Of a stretch of 64,000 nt of DNA, positions 9,471-19,517 are shown one piece after another; positions within the stretch are counted from its first letter, which is position 1, and each line of letters opens with the position of its first letter. The notes under the pieces were generated by a model. That model saw only the letters and a list, made by a program, of their open reading frames with translations. It was not told the DNA's origin and did no database searches. The translations under genes were made by a program, and so were the position numbers. The stretch is from the NCBI GenBank assembly GCA_964610335.1, contig CAZSVP010000003.1, positions 141,531 through 205,530 of the forward strand, written 5' to 3'. Origin of the DNA: an uncultured Candidatus Saccharibacteria bacterium (GTDB lineage Bacteria; Patescibacteriota; Saccharimonadia; CAILAD01; BJGX01).

Positions 9471-9539
9471 AGTATCAAAAGAAGCCGTCGGAGCTCCTTT
9501 TTGATATACTTTAGTTAACAAATTAAACAAGGAGTAATT

Positions 9540-9830
9540 ATGCCCAAATCAAAATCTAACCCGGATATAGAAATCAACGCCAAAGTAAACAGTACCGAAT
9601 GGAAAGAGTGGGCAAAACAATGCAGCCAGGACAAAGCCAACAAATCGTCACATAGTGCAGCTGGTGCTTCTGGAGGATTATACTTTCTAGGATTTGTGGG
9701 GTCGCTGATTTACTGGATGCAAGCTGCAGGTAACTTTGGGGCTGTCATAACCGGAATACTTAAATCACTAGTGTGGCCCACCTATATAGTTTATAAGTTG
9801 CTCGAAGGTTTTTACGGCGTTGTAAGGTAG
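9540..9830 (+). CDS. small membrane protein
   Basis: AAGGAG RBS; hydrophobic GGLYFLGFVGSLIYW...GILKSLVWP. Confidence 0.75.
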   Translation: MPKSKSNPDIEINAKVNSTEWKEWAKQCSQDKANKSSHSAAGASGGLYFLGFVGSLIYWMQAAGNFGAVITGILKSLVWPTYIVYKLLEGFYGVVR

Positions 9831-9851
9831 TAGCACAAGAACAATCTACCT

Positions 9852-10712
9852 GTGAAACTTCCAACAAATAGCCATAGTTCAGACCATCCTCAAACCAACC
9901 GCACTTCGCACACCCAGCTACCCGCTGGCGATGAGATAATGCATATCTCCAATGCCGAAGAAAAGCGCGAACTGTTAGCAGAACGACAAAATGTGCATTT
10001 TGTAGACTTCAGTTCTATCAAGGTCATGTATGAAAAGTTTGGTATGGATACCGCAATATTTGATACGCCAGATCTTACGCCTCAATTTATCTTGGATACC
10101 GGCAACAGTCTAACCAATCAGCTAGTAACTACCTTGCTTCAAAAAAAGCTATCAGAGCAAGAAGTACAACTGTTGAAGGATTGCTACAGCTATTTGTCAG
10201 AGCAAGATGAGCCCCAAGCATCAGACTACATCTATGTATTTGGTGCCAAAACACCACTGCGGATTGAAAAAGCCATAGAGCTATACCAGCAAGGTCTAGC
10301 TCCGAAAATAATTGTAAGTGGCCGCGGACCATTCTATGGCACCGAACAAACTACCACTGAAGCTGGCATTTACTCGGCGATTGCTCAAGCTGCAGGTGTG
10401 CCACGGAGCGCCATAATAGTGGAAGATGCGTCGATTACTATACCCGACAATGTGCGTCGAACGCTAAATATGATGGATGCTAACAGTATGCCTTATAGCT
10501 CATTTATACTCGTTAACTCACCATATACTCAGCGACGCGGCTGGTGTGTGTGGAAGAAGCATACGCCTGAAGCAGTCAAACTATATCGCGCTAACTGTGC
10601 AGCTGGAGTTAAGTTTGATAGTGATAACTGGTATCAAAACGAAGATGGATTGAAAGTGGTGCTTGGCGAGTTTGTAAAATTGCGCAATACTATAGCGTTC
10701 AACGATGCTTAA
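9852..10712 (+). CDS. YdcF/DUF218 family protein
   Basis: RIEKAIELY, IIVSGRG, AGVPRSAIIVEDAS motifs; start codon uncertain. Confidence 0.75.
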   Translation: MKLPTNSHSSDHPQTNRTSHTQLPAGDEIMHISNAEEKRELLAERQNVHFVDFSSIKVMYEKFGMDTAIFDTPDLTPQFILDTGNSLTNQLVTTLLQKKLSEQEVQLLKDCYSYLSEQDEPQASDYIYVFGAKTPLRIEKAIELYQQGLAPKIIVSGRGPFYGTEQTTTEAGIYSAIAQAAGVPRSAIIVEDASITIPDNVRRTLNMMDANSMPYSSFILVNSPYTQRRGWCVWKKHTPEAVKLYRANCAAGVKFDSDNWYQNEDGLKVVLGEFVKLRNTIAFNDA

Positions 10713-11773
10713 AGATTGCCTTTGAAGAATTCAACAATGTGGCTCACTACTACAACTTGATTCTGTGCAAACAAATGATCATTACCTGGAGTAGTAAAGA
10801 AGTCTACTGGTTTGCTAGCTTGACGCAAGGCATCGGTGAGCCGTTGCGAGAAGTTTGGTGGTACCACTCCGTCGTTGGTACTGGTATATACCAGTGATAC
10901 CCCTGTAATGTACTTAACATAATTAATAGCCGATGCACTATCCCAGAAATTTGGGTTTGATTTAGGGTCGCCATACTTGTTGAGTAATTCTTCGCGCTTA
11001 GATTGTACTAGCGAGGGTAAGTCAGACGGTATTGGGCTATTGGGCCAATTGTATAGAATGTCTGAAATCGAACCTACCACACCCGATAGGTAAGCCGTCG
11101 CCTTAATGGCAGGCGAGCTTACTGCAGCTCGCAAACTTACATGTCCACCTAGGCTATGACCAATCATGCCAATACGATTTGGGTTGACCAAGCTGTACTG
11201 TTGCAAACTAGCGACTAGGTTGAGAACATCATAGGCATAGACCGGCGAAAAATGACCACCCTCTGGTGTGCCTTGGCTACTAGCATGACCTCGATAGTCA
11301 GGCTTTATTACCACAAAACCAGCTCGCGCCAACTGCGCCATCAGATTTTGGTAGGTAGGGGAATTGGTTGTTTGATACTCGCTGGGGTTGACGTAGCCAT
11401 GATTGAGTACGATAACTGGCCAACCGCCTATCGGTGCGTTACCGGGCGGCGTGAACATCTGAGCATATTGTTTGAGACCATCAGACGTGTAGGATACTAC
11501 TTGGTTATTATATCCTTCGCTACTACCTAGATTTTGCTCCACCAGGATTTGGCTTGCTTGATAACCACGCGATCTGATAGCTTCAATCTGTATAGGGTCG
11601 AGTTCGGCTTGAACGGGGACAGCTATTTGGGTAGTGGGTAACTCTATAGCTGGTCGACGCGCTGATCTACTAGAGACGAAATACAGTATCAAGCCTGCCA
11701 ACAACACAAAACTCACACTTATCCCTACTAACAATGCAACCTGCCTACTATTGTGCGTTTCTGACATATACAT
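10709..11773 (-). CDS. membrane-anchored alpha/beta hydrolase (S9 peptidase-like)
   Basis: N-terminal TM segment, NHGY, DYRGH, GHSLGG, DGVVP, NDH. Confidence 0.85.
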   Translation of the reverse strand: MYMSETHNSRQVALLVGISVSFVLLAGLILYFVSSRSARRPAIELPTTQIAVPVQAELDPIQIEAIRSRGYQASQILVEQNLGSSEGYNNQVVSYTSDGLKQYAQMFTPPGNAPIGGWPVIVLNHGYVNPSEYQTTNSPTYQNLMAQLARAGFVVIKPDYRGHASSQGTPEGGHFSPVYAYDVLNLVASLQQYSLVNPNRIGMIGHSLGGHVSLRAAVSSPAIKATAYLSGVVGSISDILYNWPNSPIPSDLPSLVQSKREELLNKYGDPKSNPNFWDSASAINYVKYITGVSLVYTSTNDGVVPPNFSQRLTDALRQASKPVDFFTTPGNDHLFAQNQVVVVSHIVEFFKGNL

Positions 11774-11873
11774 ATCATACTACTGATACACAAGTTTTAA
11801 TAAGCAACCTAGTTTTGACAACCAAAATACTAGTAGTACAATTACTTTATATAAACATAAGGAGTATTAAGAC

Positions 11874-12269
11874 ATGGCAAACAAAGTAACAGGCTGGGTT
11901 GGCTGGGTTGCCTTCGCCGGTGTATATATGGTGATAGCTGGTATCTTCCAGATGATCACTGGTTTTGTAGCACTATTTAAAAACGACATTTACCTAGTTG
12001 GGAAGGAAGCAGTTTGGTTCTTTGACTACTCAACATGGGGCTGGATACACATGCTGCTTGGCCTTGTTGTCCTGCTTGTAGGTTTGGCAGTATTGGCTGG
12101 TCAAACATGGGGGCGAGTAGTAGGTGTACTATTTGTAGCAATTAGTGCTGTGGCAACCTTTGCCTTCTTGCCAATCTACCCAGTTTGGTCAATAGTGCTA
12201 TTGGTGGTCGATGCTCTGGTACTATATGCATTGATCGCTCATGGTGGAGAGATGAAAGAGCTGCAATAG
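11874..12269 (+). CDS. four-TM membrane protein (DUF7144-like)
   Basis: AAGGAG RBS; GWVAFAG, WGWIH, FLPIYPVWS motifs. Confidence 0.75.
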   Translation: MANKVTGWVGWVAFAGVYMVIAGIFQMITGFVALFKNDIYLVGKEAVWFFDYSTWGWIHMLLGLVVLLVGLAVLAGQTWGRVVGVLFVAISAVATFAFLPIYPVWSIVLLVVDALVLYALIAHGGEMKELQ

Positions 12270-12295
12270 CTTTTCATAGCACTGAACCAGAAAAT

Positions 12296-12319
12296 AGGCC
12301 CTTATACAGGGCCTTTTTT
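12296..12319 (+). terminator. intrinsic terminator
   Basis: AGGCCCT-TATAC-AGGGCCT plus T-tract. Confidence 0.75.
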
Positions 12320-12359
12320 CTGCTCGCTAGCAAGTAATAATGTGAGGTATAATGTAGTT

Positions 12360-13124
12360 ATGAAATCTATTTGGGATGGTTCGATCAATTTTGGGCTCGT
12401 AAACATACCTGTTCGTATGTACAGTGGCAGCACCAAACACGAGGGCATTGACCTTGCGATGTTACGCCGCTCAGACAAGTCACCAATACGCTATGAGCGA
12501 GTGGCCGAAGCAGATGGTAAGGAAGTAGCATTTGAGGATATTGCCAAAGGCTATGAATACGAAAAAGGCCAGTTTGTTTTGTTGAGTGACGAAGATTTTG
12601 AAAACGCCAACCAGCACAAGGCTCGCAACATCACTATCAAACAGTTTGTTAGCGAGGACGAGATAGACAGTCGCTACTACGACAAACCATACTACCTTGA
12701 GCCTGATGAGCACGCAGCCGATACTTACGCGCTGTTGCGCGATGCACTAGCACAAACCGACAAGATTGCTTTGGCACGCTATGTGTTACACGGTCATGAG
12801 AATATTGCCGCCATTAAACCAGTAGGTAAGCTACTGGTACTAAATCAAATGCGGTTTCCTGCTGATTTGCGTGAACCTAGCGAGCTTGATATACCAAATA
12901 CCAAAGCCGACAAGCCCGAGCTTGCGATGGCTGTGAAACTAATCAATCAGCTAACCAAGCCGTTCATCGCCGAGGATTGGCACGATACCTACACTGAGGA
13001 ATTGCGAGAAACAATTGATCGCAAGGTAAAGAATAAGCCCTCCAAAGCCAAAGGCAAACCACACAGCAAGCCGACTAGTGTCAAGGATTTAGCCCAAGCC
13101 CTAAAACAAAGCTTAAATAAGTAG
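12360..13124 (+). CDS. ku: non-homologous end joining protein Ku
   Basis: MKSIWDGSINFGLVNIPV, KGYEYEKG, YYDKPYYLEP. Confidence 0.93.
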   Translation: MKSIWDGSINFGLVNIPVRMYSGSTKHEGIDLAMLRRSDKSPIRYERVAEADGKEVAFEDIAKGYEYEKGQFVLLSDEDFENANQHKARNITIKQFVSEDEIDSRYYDKPYYLEPDEHAADTYALLRDALAQTDKIALARYVLHGHENIAAIKPVGKLLVLNQMRFPADLREPSELDIPNTKADKPELAMAVKLINQLTKPFIAEDWHDTYTEELRETIDRKVKNKPSKAKGKPHSKPTSVKDLAQALKQSLNK

Positions 13125-13131
13125 GTAGTAA

Positions 13132-15528
13132 GTGGGACTACGCGACTACTTACGCAAACGAGTATTTAGCAAAACCCCTGAGCCTCGCGGTAAGCACAAC
13201 AGGGGCAATAGCTCAGAGCTGCGGTTTGTTGTACAAAAGCATGCTGCTAGCCACTTACATTATGACTTTCGGCTGGAGCTCGATGGTGTACTTAAAAGCT
13301 GGGCCGTGCCCAAAGGAATTAGTCTCAATCCAAGCGAACACCACCTAGCGATTCAAACCGAAGATCACCCATTAGAGTACATCTCTTTTAAGGGCAAAAT
13401 ACCGGAAGGTAACTATGGTGCCGGTAAAGTAGAGATATACGATCATGGTACATATGAACCTCGCGCCTCGGTAGATGATAATGCCAAGGAAATCCGATCT
13501 GCCCTGCACAATGGTCACCTGACATTTATCCTTCATGGCGATAAGCTGAAGGGTGAGTTTGCACTTATTCGCAATGAACACTTTGCAAAGAATGGTTGGC
13601 TACTGATAAAGAAAGGTGATCAGTATGCCAAGCCACCAGGACCATACTACCTGCCCGACAAAGCCGATATGGATCCCGAAAAAGCCCTTTCGTCCTCGCC
13701 ACGGGTCAAGATGCCATCGCATATCAAACCAATGCTTGCAACACTGGTAGACAAGCCATTTGACGATGCTGGCTGGCTATACGAAGTCAAATGGGATGGC
13801 TATCGTGCACTCGCTTACAAACACAGCGGTAAGGTATCGCTTGAGTCACGCAACCAAAACGACTTTACTAGTTCATATCAAGAGATTACCGCAGCTGTTG
13901 CTAAGCTTAGACATGATGTCGTCTTGGATGGTGAAATGGTTGCAGTTGACAGCAATGGCCACCCGCATTTTGAATGGTTACAGAACTGGCGCACAGCACC
14001 GCAAGGCAAGTTGGTTTATTACGTGTTTGACTTACTATGGTGTGATGGCAAAGATTTACGCAAGCTGCCACTTAGAACTCGCCGATCAATATTGAGTAAC
14101 ATAATCCCCAAGGATTCTATTATCCGGCTTAGTGATGGGGTAGAGAACAAAGGCCTCAAATACTTCGAGCGAGCGGCCAAACTTGGCTTGGAGGGTATAG
14201 TTGCTAAAAGGTTAGATAGCACCTACCAAGAGAACGTTCGTGGTAAAAATTGGTTGAAGATCAAAACCCATATGCGACAAGAAGTTGTGATAGGTGGCTA
14301 CACAGAGCCACGCGGCAGTCGCTCTAGCCTTGGTTCATTATTGGTAGGCGTATATGTAGACAGTAAGTTTGTGTACTGTGGCCATGTCGGAACAGGTATG
14401 GACGAGTCAACACTCCAAGAATTGTATGCCAAATTGAGTAAGATTGAATCAAAATCCATGCCTTTTGATAATGAGCCAAAGTCAAACGAGACAGTACACT
14501 ATATCAAGCCAAAATACGTTTGCGAAGTAAAATTTGCCGAGTGGACTAGCAATGGTACTATGCGCCAGCCAGTTTACTTGGGTCTTAGACCCGACAAGAA
14601 GCCTCAACAAGTAGTTCGCGAGATTCCTACCAAAGCCAAGCAAGAATTTGAGCTTACACACCTCGATAAGGTGTTTTGGCCAGAGGGTAAGTTTACAAAA
14701 GGCGACCTACTAAAATACTACGAAAGTATTGCTGAGACACTGCTACCGTATCTAAACAACCGACCCCAGTCACTTCTGCGTCAACCAGATGGGTACAGAG
14801 GCCAAGCATTTTTCCAAAAAGATATATCGAAATTCGCGCCAGACTGGGCCAAAACTATATCTATTCATTCAGACTCATCAAACAAGGAGGTGGAGTATTT
14901 GATATGCAATGACCTGAAAACTTTGCAGTATATGGTACAGCTAGGCTGTATTGAGATCAATCCGTGGAACTCGCGCACCAAGCACTTGACCAAACCAGAC
15001 TGGGCAGTAGTGGATCTTGATCCTGAAGACATCAGTTTTGAAAAAGTCATTGAAGTCGCCAAGGTCGTACACAAGGTTTGTGAGGAGCTAAAAATTCCAT
15101 GCTACCCAAAAACTTCCGGCAAGACAGGTATCCACATATTTATTCCATTAGACGCAAAGTATAGTTACGATCAAGCCCGCCAGTTTGTTCAACTACTAGT
15201 AACAATTATTCACGAACGCACAAGCAAGATTACCAGTCTAGAGCGTAGTCCAGCGAAGCGCAAACACAAGATATACCTCGACTATTTGCAAAACAGCGAA
15301 GGCCAAACCCTTGCGTCCGCCTACTGTGTACGTCCAACTAAAGCCGCGAGTGTTTCAACACCACTACACTGGGATGAAGTGAGAGTTGGTCTTGACCCCA
15401 CAAAGTTTACTATCAAAACTACAGCAGCTCGTGTTAAGCGTGTAGGTGATCTCTGGAAACCTGTTCTGGGTGATGGAGTTGATTTAAAACAAGTATTGAG
15501 TAATCTAACAGGCATAACCAAGAAGTGA
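13132..15528 (+). CDS. ligD: DNA ligase D (phosphoesterase-ligase-polymerase)
   Basis: HYDFRLE/SWAVPKG (PE domain), EVKWDGYR (ligase Lys), DLDP and KTSGKTGIH (Pol domain). Confidence 0.95.
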   Translation: MGLRDYLRKRVFSKTPEPRGKHNRGNSSELRFVVQKHAASHLHYDFRLELDGVLKSWAVPKGISLNPSEHHLAIQTEDHPLEYISFKGKIPEGNYGAGKVEIYDHGTYEPRASVDDNAKEIRSALHNGHLTFILHGDKLKGEFALIRNEHFAKNGWLLIKKGDQYAKPPGPYYLPDKADMDPEKALSSSPRVKMPSHIKPMLATLVDKPFDDAGWLYEVKWDGYRALAYKHSGKVSLESRNQNDFTSSYQEITAAVAKLRHDVVLDGEMVAVDSNGHPHFEWLQNWRTAPQGKLVYYVFDLLWCDGKDLRKLPLRTRRSILSNIIPKDSIIRLSDGVENKGLKYFERAAKLGLEGIVAKRLDSTYQENVRGKNWLKIKTHMRQEVVIGGYTEPRGSRSSLGSLLVGVYVDSKFVYCGHVGTGMDESTLQELYAKLSKIESKSMPFDNEPKSNETVHYIKPKYVCEVKFAEWTSNGTMRQPVYLGLRPDKKPQQVVREIPTKAKQEFELTHLDKVFWPEGKFTKGDLLKYYESIAETLLPYLNNRPQSLLRQPDGYRGQAFFQKDISKFAPDWAKTISIHSDSSNKEVEYLICNDLKTLQYMVQLGCIEINPWNSRTKHLTKPDWAVVDLDPEDISFEKVIEVAKVVHKVCEELKIPCYPKTSGKTGIHIFIPLDAKYSYDQARQFVQLLVTIIHERTSKITSLERSPAKRKHKIYLDYLQNSEGQTLASAYCVRPTKAASVSTPLHWDEVRVGLDPTKFTIKTTAARVKRVGDLWKPVLGDGVDLKQVLSNLTGITKK

Positions 15529-15549
15529 TATTTGCTATAATACTTATGT

Positions 15550-15978
15550 ATGGTAGTAGAAAAACTTCAAACTCCGTCGCGCATAGTATTGAGTGCTGTA
15601 GCTGTGCTGGTAATGCTGCTAAGCTTTTATTTTATTGGTAACCCACTGTTTGCCCGTAAGAATAGTAGTAGCGAAGCACCTCGTCCAGTAGAGGCCCCTA
15701 CAGAACAACAGCAGCAGAATACTACAACTCCTGTCCAACCAAGCCAAATCCAAACCCCAAGCACTAGCCAAACCACGTCGTGTAATACTTCGCAGAAGGC
15801 CGCGTTTACCAGCCAATACAATAGCCAAATTGCGGCTGAGAATAGCCGGCATGATGCGCAGATAGCTTTTCTTAACTCCACTGGCGGCGACACATCTGCC
15901 GAAAACGCTGCCCACAGCGCCAATGTAGCTGCCATCAATGCGCAGTACCAAAGCAACCTACGCTCCATTGGTTGCTAG
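15550..15978 (+). CDS. membrane-anchored low-complexity protein
   Basis: N-terminal TM segment, Q/T/S-rich linker, two Cys. Confidence 0.65.
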   Translation: MVVEKLQTPSRIVLSAVAVLVMLLSFYFIGNPLFARKNSSSEAPRPVEAPTEQQQQNTTTPVQPSQIQTPSTSQTTSCNTSQKAAFTSQYNSQIAAENSRHDAQIAFLNSTGGDTSAENAAHSANVAAINAQYQSNLRSIGC

Positions 15979-16032
15979 TATTTTTTATACGTAAGCGCTA
16001 TAGTTGTTAGCAAATAATATAGGATTAACATC

Positions 16033-16458
16033 ATGAGAAAAGGTTCAGCAATTGTTATTGTCGTATTAGTTATCGCAGCACTGCTTTTGGCGATCGGTGG
16101 TTGGTGGTTGGTAAACCAACGTAACCGCACTCAAGCGCCTCAAAGTGATGGTAGTATCCAGAATGAAAACAACTCATCTAGTACTAGTGAGAATGGTGGA
16201 GTTACCAATGCTAGTAGTGTCAGTATCGCAAACATGGCATTTTCACCCTCTACTATTACTGTAAAGAAGGGTACTGCAGTTACTTGGACAAACAATGATA
16301 GCACTACCCACAACGTGACAGCTGGTAACAACGGCTTTAGTAGCGGTAGTTTAGCACCAGGCAAAACATTTAGTTTTACTTTTGATAAGGCTGGAAGCTT
16401 TAGCTATACCTGCACCATTCATCCAAGTATGAAGGGCACAGTATTAGTAACTGACTAG
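16033..16458 (+). CDS. membrane-anchored cupredoxin (plastocyanin/azurin family)
   Basis: FSPSTITV, WTNND..HNV, YTCTIHPSMKG copper ligands. Confidence 0.88.
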   Translation: MRKGSAIVIVVLVIAALLLAIGGWWLVNQRNRTQAPQSDGSIQNENNSSSTSENGGVTNASSVSIANMAFSPSTITVKKGTAVTWTNNDSTTHNVTAGNNGFSSGSLAPGKTFSFTFDKAGSFSYTCTIHPSMKGTVLVTD

Positions 16459-16466
16459 GAGTAAGT

Positions 16467-17354
16467 ATGAACATAATTGAAACCAAAAAGCTTACGAAAT
16501 TCTACGGCAAAGAACGTGGCATCGAAGATTTGGATATGCAAGTCGCACAGGGTGAGATATTTGGTTTTATAGGTCCAAATGGGGCTGGTAAGTCAACTAC
16601 TATACGAACAATACTGTCAATTATTCACCCTACCAGCGGCTCTGCCACAATCTTTGGACGTGACGTCACCAAGTTTGGACCGGAGATCCGCCAAGAAGTT
16701 GGTTATTTACCATCCGAAGTCTACTACTACGACAATATGAAAGTGATTGATCTACTCCGATACTCAGCAAGTTTTTATAACAAGCCAAAAGATCATACCG
16801 AACACCGTATCAAGGAAATAGCTGATTTACTGCACTTGGATCTGAAGAAGAAAATCGACAACCTCTCATATGGCAACAAGAAAAAGGTTGGAATCGTCCA
16901 AGGCTTACTTCATGAGCCTAAGCTGATTATTCTAGACGAGCCCACTGGAGGACTCGACCCACTAATCCAGCAAAAGTTTTTCAATCTCATACGTGATGAA
17001 AACAAGCGAGGTGCCACCGTGCTGTTTAGCTCGCACATACTCGGTGAGGTACAACGGCTATGCAGCCGGGTAGGGATCATAAAGGACGGTAAGATCATCA
17101 AAATTGAAAAGCTTAGTGAACTAATGCAAAACAGCACTAAGCGATTTAAACTAGTTTCTGTCAAACCAATCAACAAAGAATTGCTTTCAAAAATTAAAGG
17201 CATCAGTGAGCTCACTCAAGACAAAGATGAGGTCAACTTCTTGTTTCGTGGTCACTTAAAAGATGTTACAAAGATTATTGCTGAGCTAGACCTGGTAAAC
17301 CTAGAGGTTACCGAGCCTGACCTGGAAGAAATATTTTTGCACTACTATAAGTAA
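16467..17354 (+). CDS. ABC transporter ATP-binding protein
   Basis: GPNGAGKS, LSYGN, LDEPT, SSH. Confidence 0.93.
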   Translation: MNIIETKKLTKFYGKERGIEDLDMQVAQGEIFGFIGPNGAGKSTTIRTILSIIHPTSGSATIFGRDVTKFGPEIRQEVGYLPSEVYYYDNMKVIDLLRYSASFYNKPKDHTEHRIKEIADLLHLDLKKKIDNLSYGNKKKVGIVQGLLHEPKLIILDEPTGGLDPLIQQKFFNLIRDENKRGATVLFSSHILGEVQRLCSRVGIIKDGKIIKIEKLSELMQNSTKRFKLVSVKPINKELLSKIKGISELTQDKDEVNFLFRGHLKDVTKIIAELDLVNLEVTEPDLEEIFLHYYK

Positions 17355-18151
17355 TGAATATTTTTTGGCAAGAGCTCAAATACTACCGACGTTCGACCAT
17401 AATATGGATAATCACACTATGTGTTGTTACCATGGTTTTCTTATCTATCTACACATCGCTAGCTAGCCAGATAGATAGCTTTCGCGATATTGTTTCCCAC
17501 TATCCGAAAGCATTATTGGAGGCAATAAATTTTAGATTCGAAATATTTTACAGCATCTACGGATACCTCTCTTACATTATGACTTTCATTTGGTTGGCTG
17601 GTGCTATCCAGGCTATGAACCTTGGTTTAGGCGTGATATCCAAAGAAGTCAGTGGCAAAACGGCTGATTTTCTACTTAGCAAGCCAGTAAGCCGAAACAA
17701 AATGCTTTTTCAAAAATTTGCCTCTGCTTTGATACTAATCGTAATAACTAACCTTGTCTTTACGCTTTCAGCAGCCATGAGCGCCAAGCTATTTTCGCCA
17801 AGCAGTTTTAATATGAAGTTATTCTTGCTAGTGTCATTTTCGTTGTTTTTTGTTCAGTTATTCTTCTTGGCGGTTGGCTTTGTAGCGGGCGTGGTTTTGC
17901 CCAAAGTAAAGACAGTTGTCAGTGTAACTCTGCCTGTTGTGTTTGCTCTATTTATCGTGGCATCATTTGGTGCGATAGTGGATAGGCCAGAGGTCTACTA
18001 CGTCACACCATTTAAATACTTTGATGCAACATATATTTTCCAACATGGACATTATGAGCCCAAGTATATGCTGATACTGGCGGGCGTAGTGATAGTGAGT
18101 TTGGTGATCAGTTTTGTCGTGTATAACCGCAAGGATATCCCCCAGCTATGA
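17354..18151 (+). CDS. ABC-2 type transporter permease
   Basis: Multi-TM; ISKE..KTADFLLSKPVSR. Confidence 0.85.
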   Translation: MNIFWQELKYYRRSTIIWIITLCVVTMVFLSIYTSLASQIDSFRDIVSHYPKALLEAINFRFEIFYSIYGYLSYIMTFIWLAGAIQAMNLGLGVISKEVSGKTADFLLSKPVSRNKMLFQKFASALILIVITNLVFTLSAAMSAKLFSPSSFNMKLFLLVSFSLFFVQLFFLAVGFVAGVVLPKVKTVVSVTLPVVFALFIVASFGAIVDRPEVYYVTPFKYFDATYIFQHGHYEPKYMLILAGVVIVSLVISFVVYNRKDIPQL

Positions 18152-18954
18152 AGATGTTTTGGCATGAGCTAAGATCAACTTACAAGGGGCTGTTGGGGTG
18201 GACAGCAGGAATACTGTTTTTTCAGTTGTCAGGGTATTCCAAGTTTGAGGGTTTTAAGGCATCTAGTTCAACCTCGCTCAATGGCATAGCCAATGCTTTC
18301 CCTAAATCCATATTGGTACTTTTTGGTATGAATGACCTCAACTTCGTAACCCTAATTGGGTATTTTGGAATTCTATACGTATTTTTTGCCTTAATGGCTG
18401 CGATCCATGCTGGGCTATTGGGCGCAGGTATAATCTCAAAAGAAGAACGCGATAAAACTTCAGAGTTTTTATACACAAGACCAGTAAGTAGAAACAAGGT
18501 ACTCACGACCAAGCTAGCGGCTGGTCTGGTCAATGTGTTGGTCTTGTTTGTGGTGATTGCCGTTTCCTCAATTGTTGGGGTGGCAATTGTTAATGGCCAC
18601 AACTACGAGCTCACTGGCCAGGTCATAAACCTGATGTGGGGGATATTAATATTTCAAATATTCTTCTTCAGCATGGGAGTAATGTTTGCCGGACTTTTTA
18701 AACGTCCTAAGTTGCCAACCCTGGCCGTCACTGTTGCCATAGTCGGCGCATACTTTGTCTCAGCGCTCTCGCAGCTTAGCGATAGCTTAAATTGGCTGCG
18801 TTTTTTGACCCCGTTTCGCTGGGTAGCCGCGCCAAGTATAATTTACGCAACACATGTGGGCTATGGCTACGTAGCACTAGCAATTGGATTGTCGATATTG
18901 TTTGTTGTACTGGGGTACGTATTCTACAACAAACGAGATCTAACTGTGGCCTAA
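18148..18954 (+). CDS. ABC-2 type transporter permease
   Basis: Multi-TM paralogue; ISKEERDKTSEFLYTRPVSR. Confidence 0.85.
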   Translation: MKMFWHELRSTYKGLLGWTAGILFFQLSGYSKFEGFKASSSTSLNGIANAFPKSILVLFGMNDLNFVTLIGYFGILYVFFALMAAIHAGLLGAGIISKEERDKTSEFLYTRPVSRNKVLTTKLAAGLVNVLVLFVVIAVSSIVGVAIVNGHNYELTGQVINLMWGILIFQIFFFSMGVMFAGLFKRPKLPTLAVTVAIVGAYFVSALSQLSDSLNWLRFLTPFRWVAAPSIIYATHVGYGYVALAIGLSILFVVLGYVFYNKRDLTVA

Positions 18955-18971
18955 TCTACCTGTAAGGAAAA

Positions 18972-19517
18972 CTAGTTTAGCTTTGGTAAAACTAAACCAA
19001 GAAGTACACCCACACTGCGCCATTCTTGCATTTGTCCTTGTTCAATAGCTTTGATAATTTCAACAGTGGTCATCCAAGTTACTTCGATGTCTTCACCTTG
19101 CTCGAGCTGTTGGCCAGTGGTTATTTCTTCATATTCACGTACTAAGAAGTAATAAAGATCCCACTCCACAGTCGCACCAGCTTTGGCGATACTAATAAGT
19201 TCGGGTCTTTTTATATCCAGCCCGCACTCTTCGCGAGCTTCGCGGGTAGCACCCTCGAGAGCTGCCTGAGTCATATCGCCGTTGCGATACTGGTTATACT
19301 GTTCTAGAGTGTCGTAGACTTTGCCGCCGGGCAGACGATAATCAACATTGCCAGTCTCATGCCGATGCTCACGAGTAATCAAGATCTTATTTTCAGGCGA
19401 TACAATAATCAGCCGCGTGCCGGGTGGGCGACGATACTGTTCAAACACTCGTCCGTCGGGTTGAGTGGTGTGCACTACTTCACCGACTCTGCCTTCAAAT
19501 ACGATGTCCTCTTTCAT
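18972..19517 (-). CDS. NUDIX hydrolase
   Basis: LPGGK...ATREAREECG Nudix box with an insertion. Confidence 0.85.
   Translation of the reverse strand: MKEDIVFEGRVGEVVHTTQPDGRVFEQYRRPPGTRLIIVSPENKILITREHRHETGNVDYRLPGGKVYDTLEQYNQYRNGDMTQAALEGATREAREECGLDIKRPELISIAKAGATVEWDLYYFLVREYEEITTGQQLEQGEDIEVTWMTTVEIIKAIEQGQMQEWRSVGVLLGLVLPKLN

Noticed and set aside
9843-18963. 11-bp direct repeat AATCTACCTGT flanking a 9-kb block
   Set aside because: Many 11-mer pairs are expected by chance in 64 kb; no integrase or tRNA link
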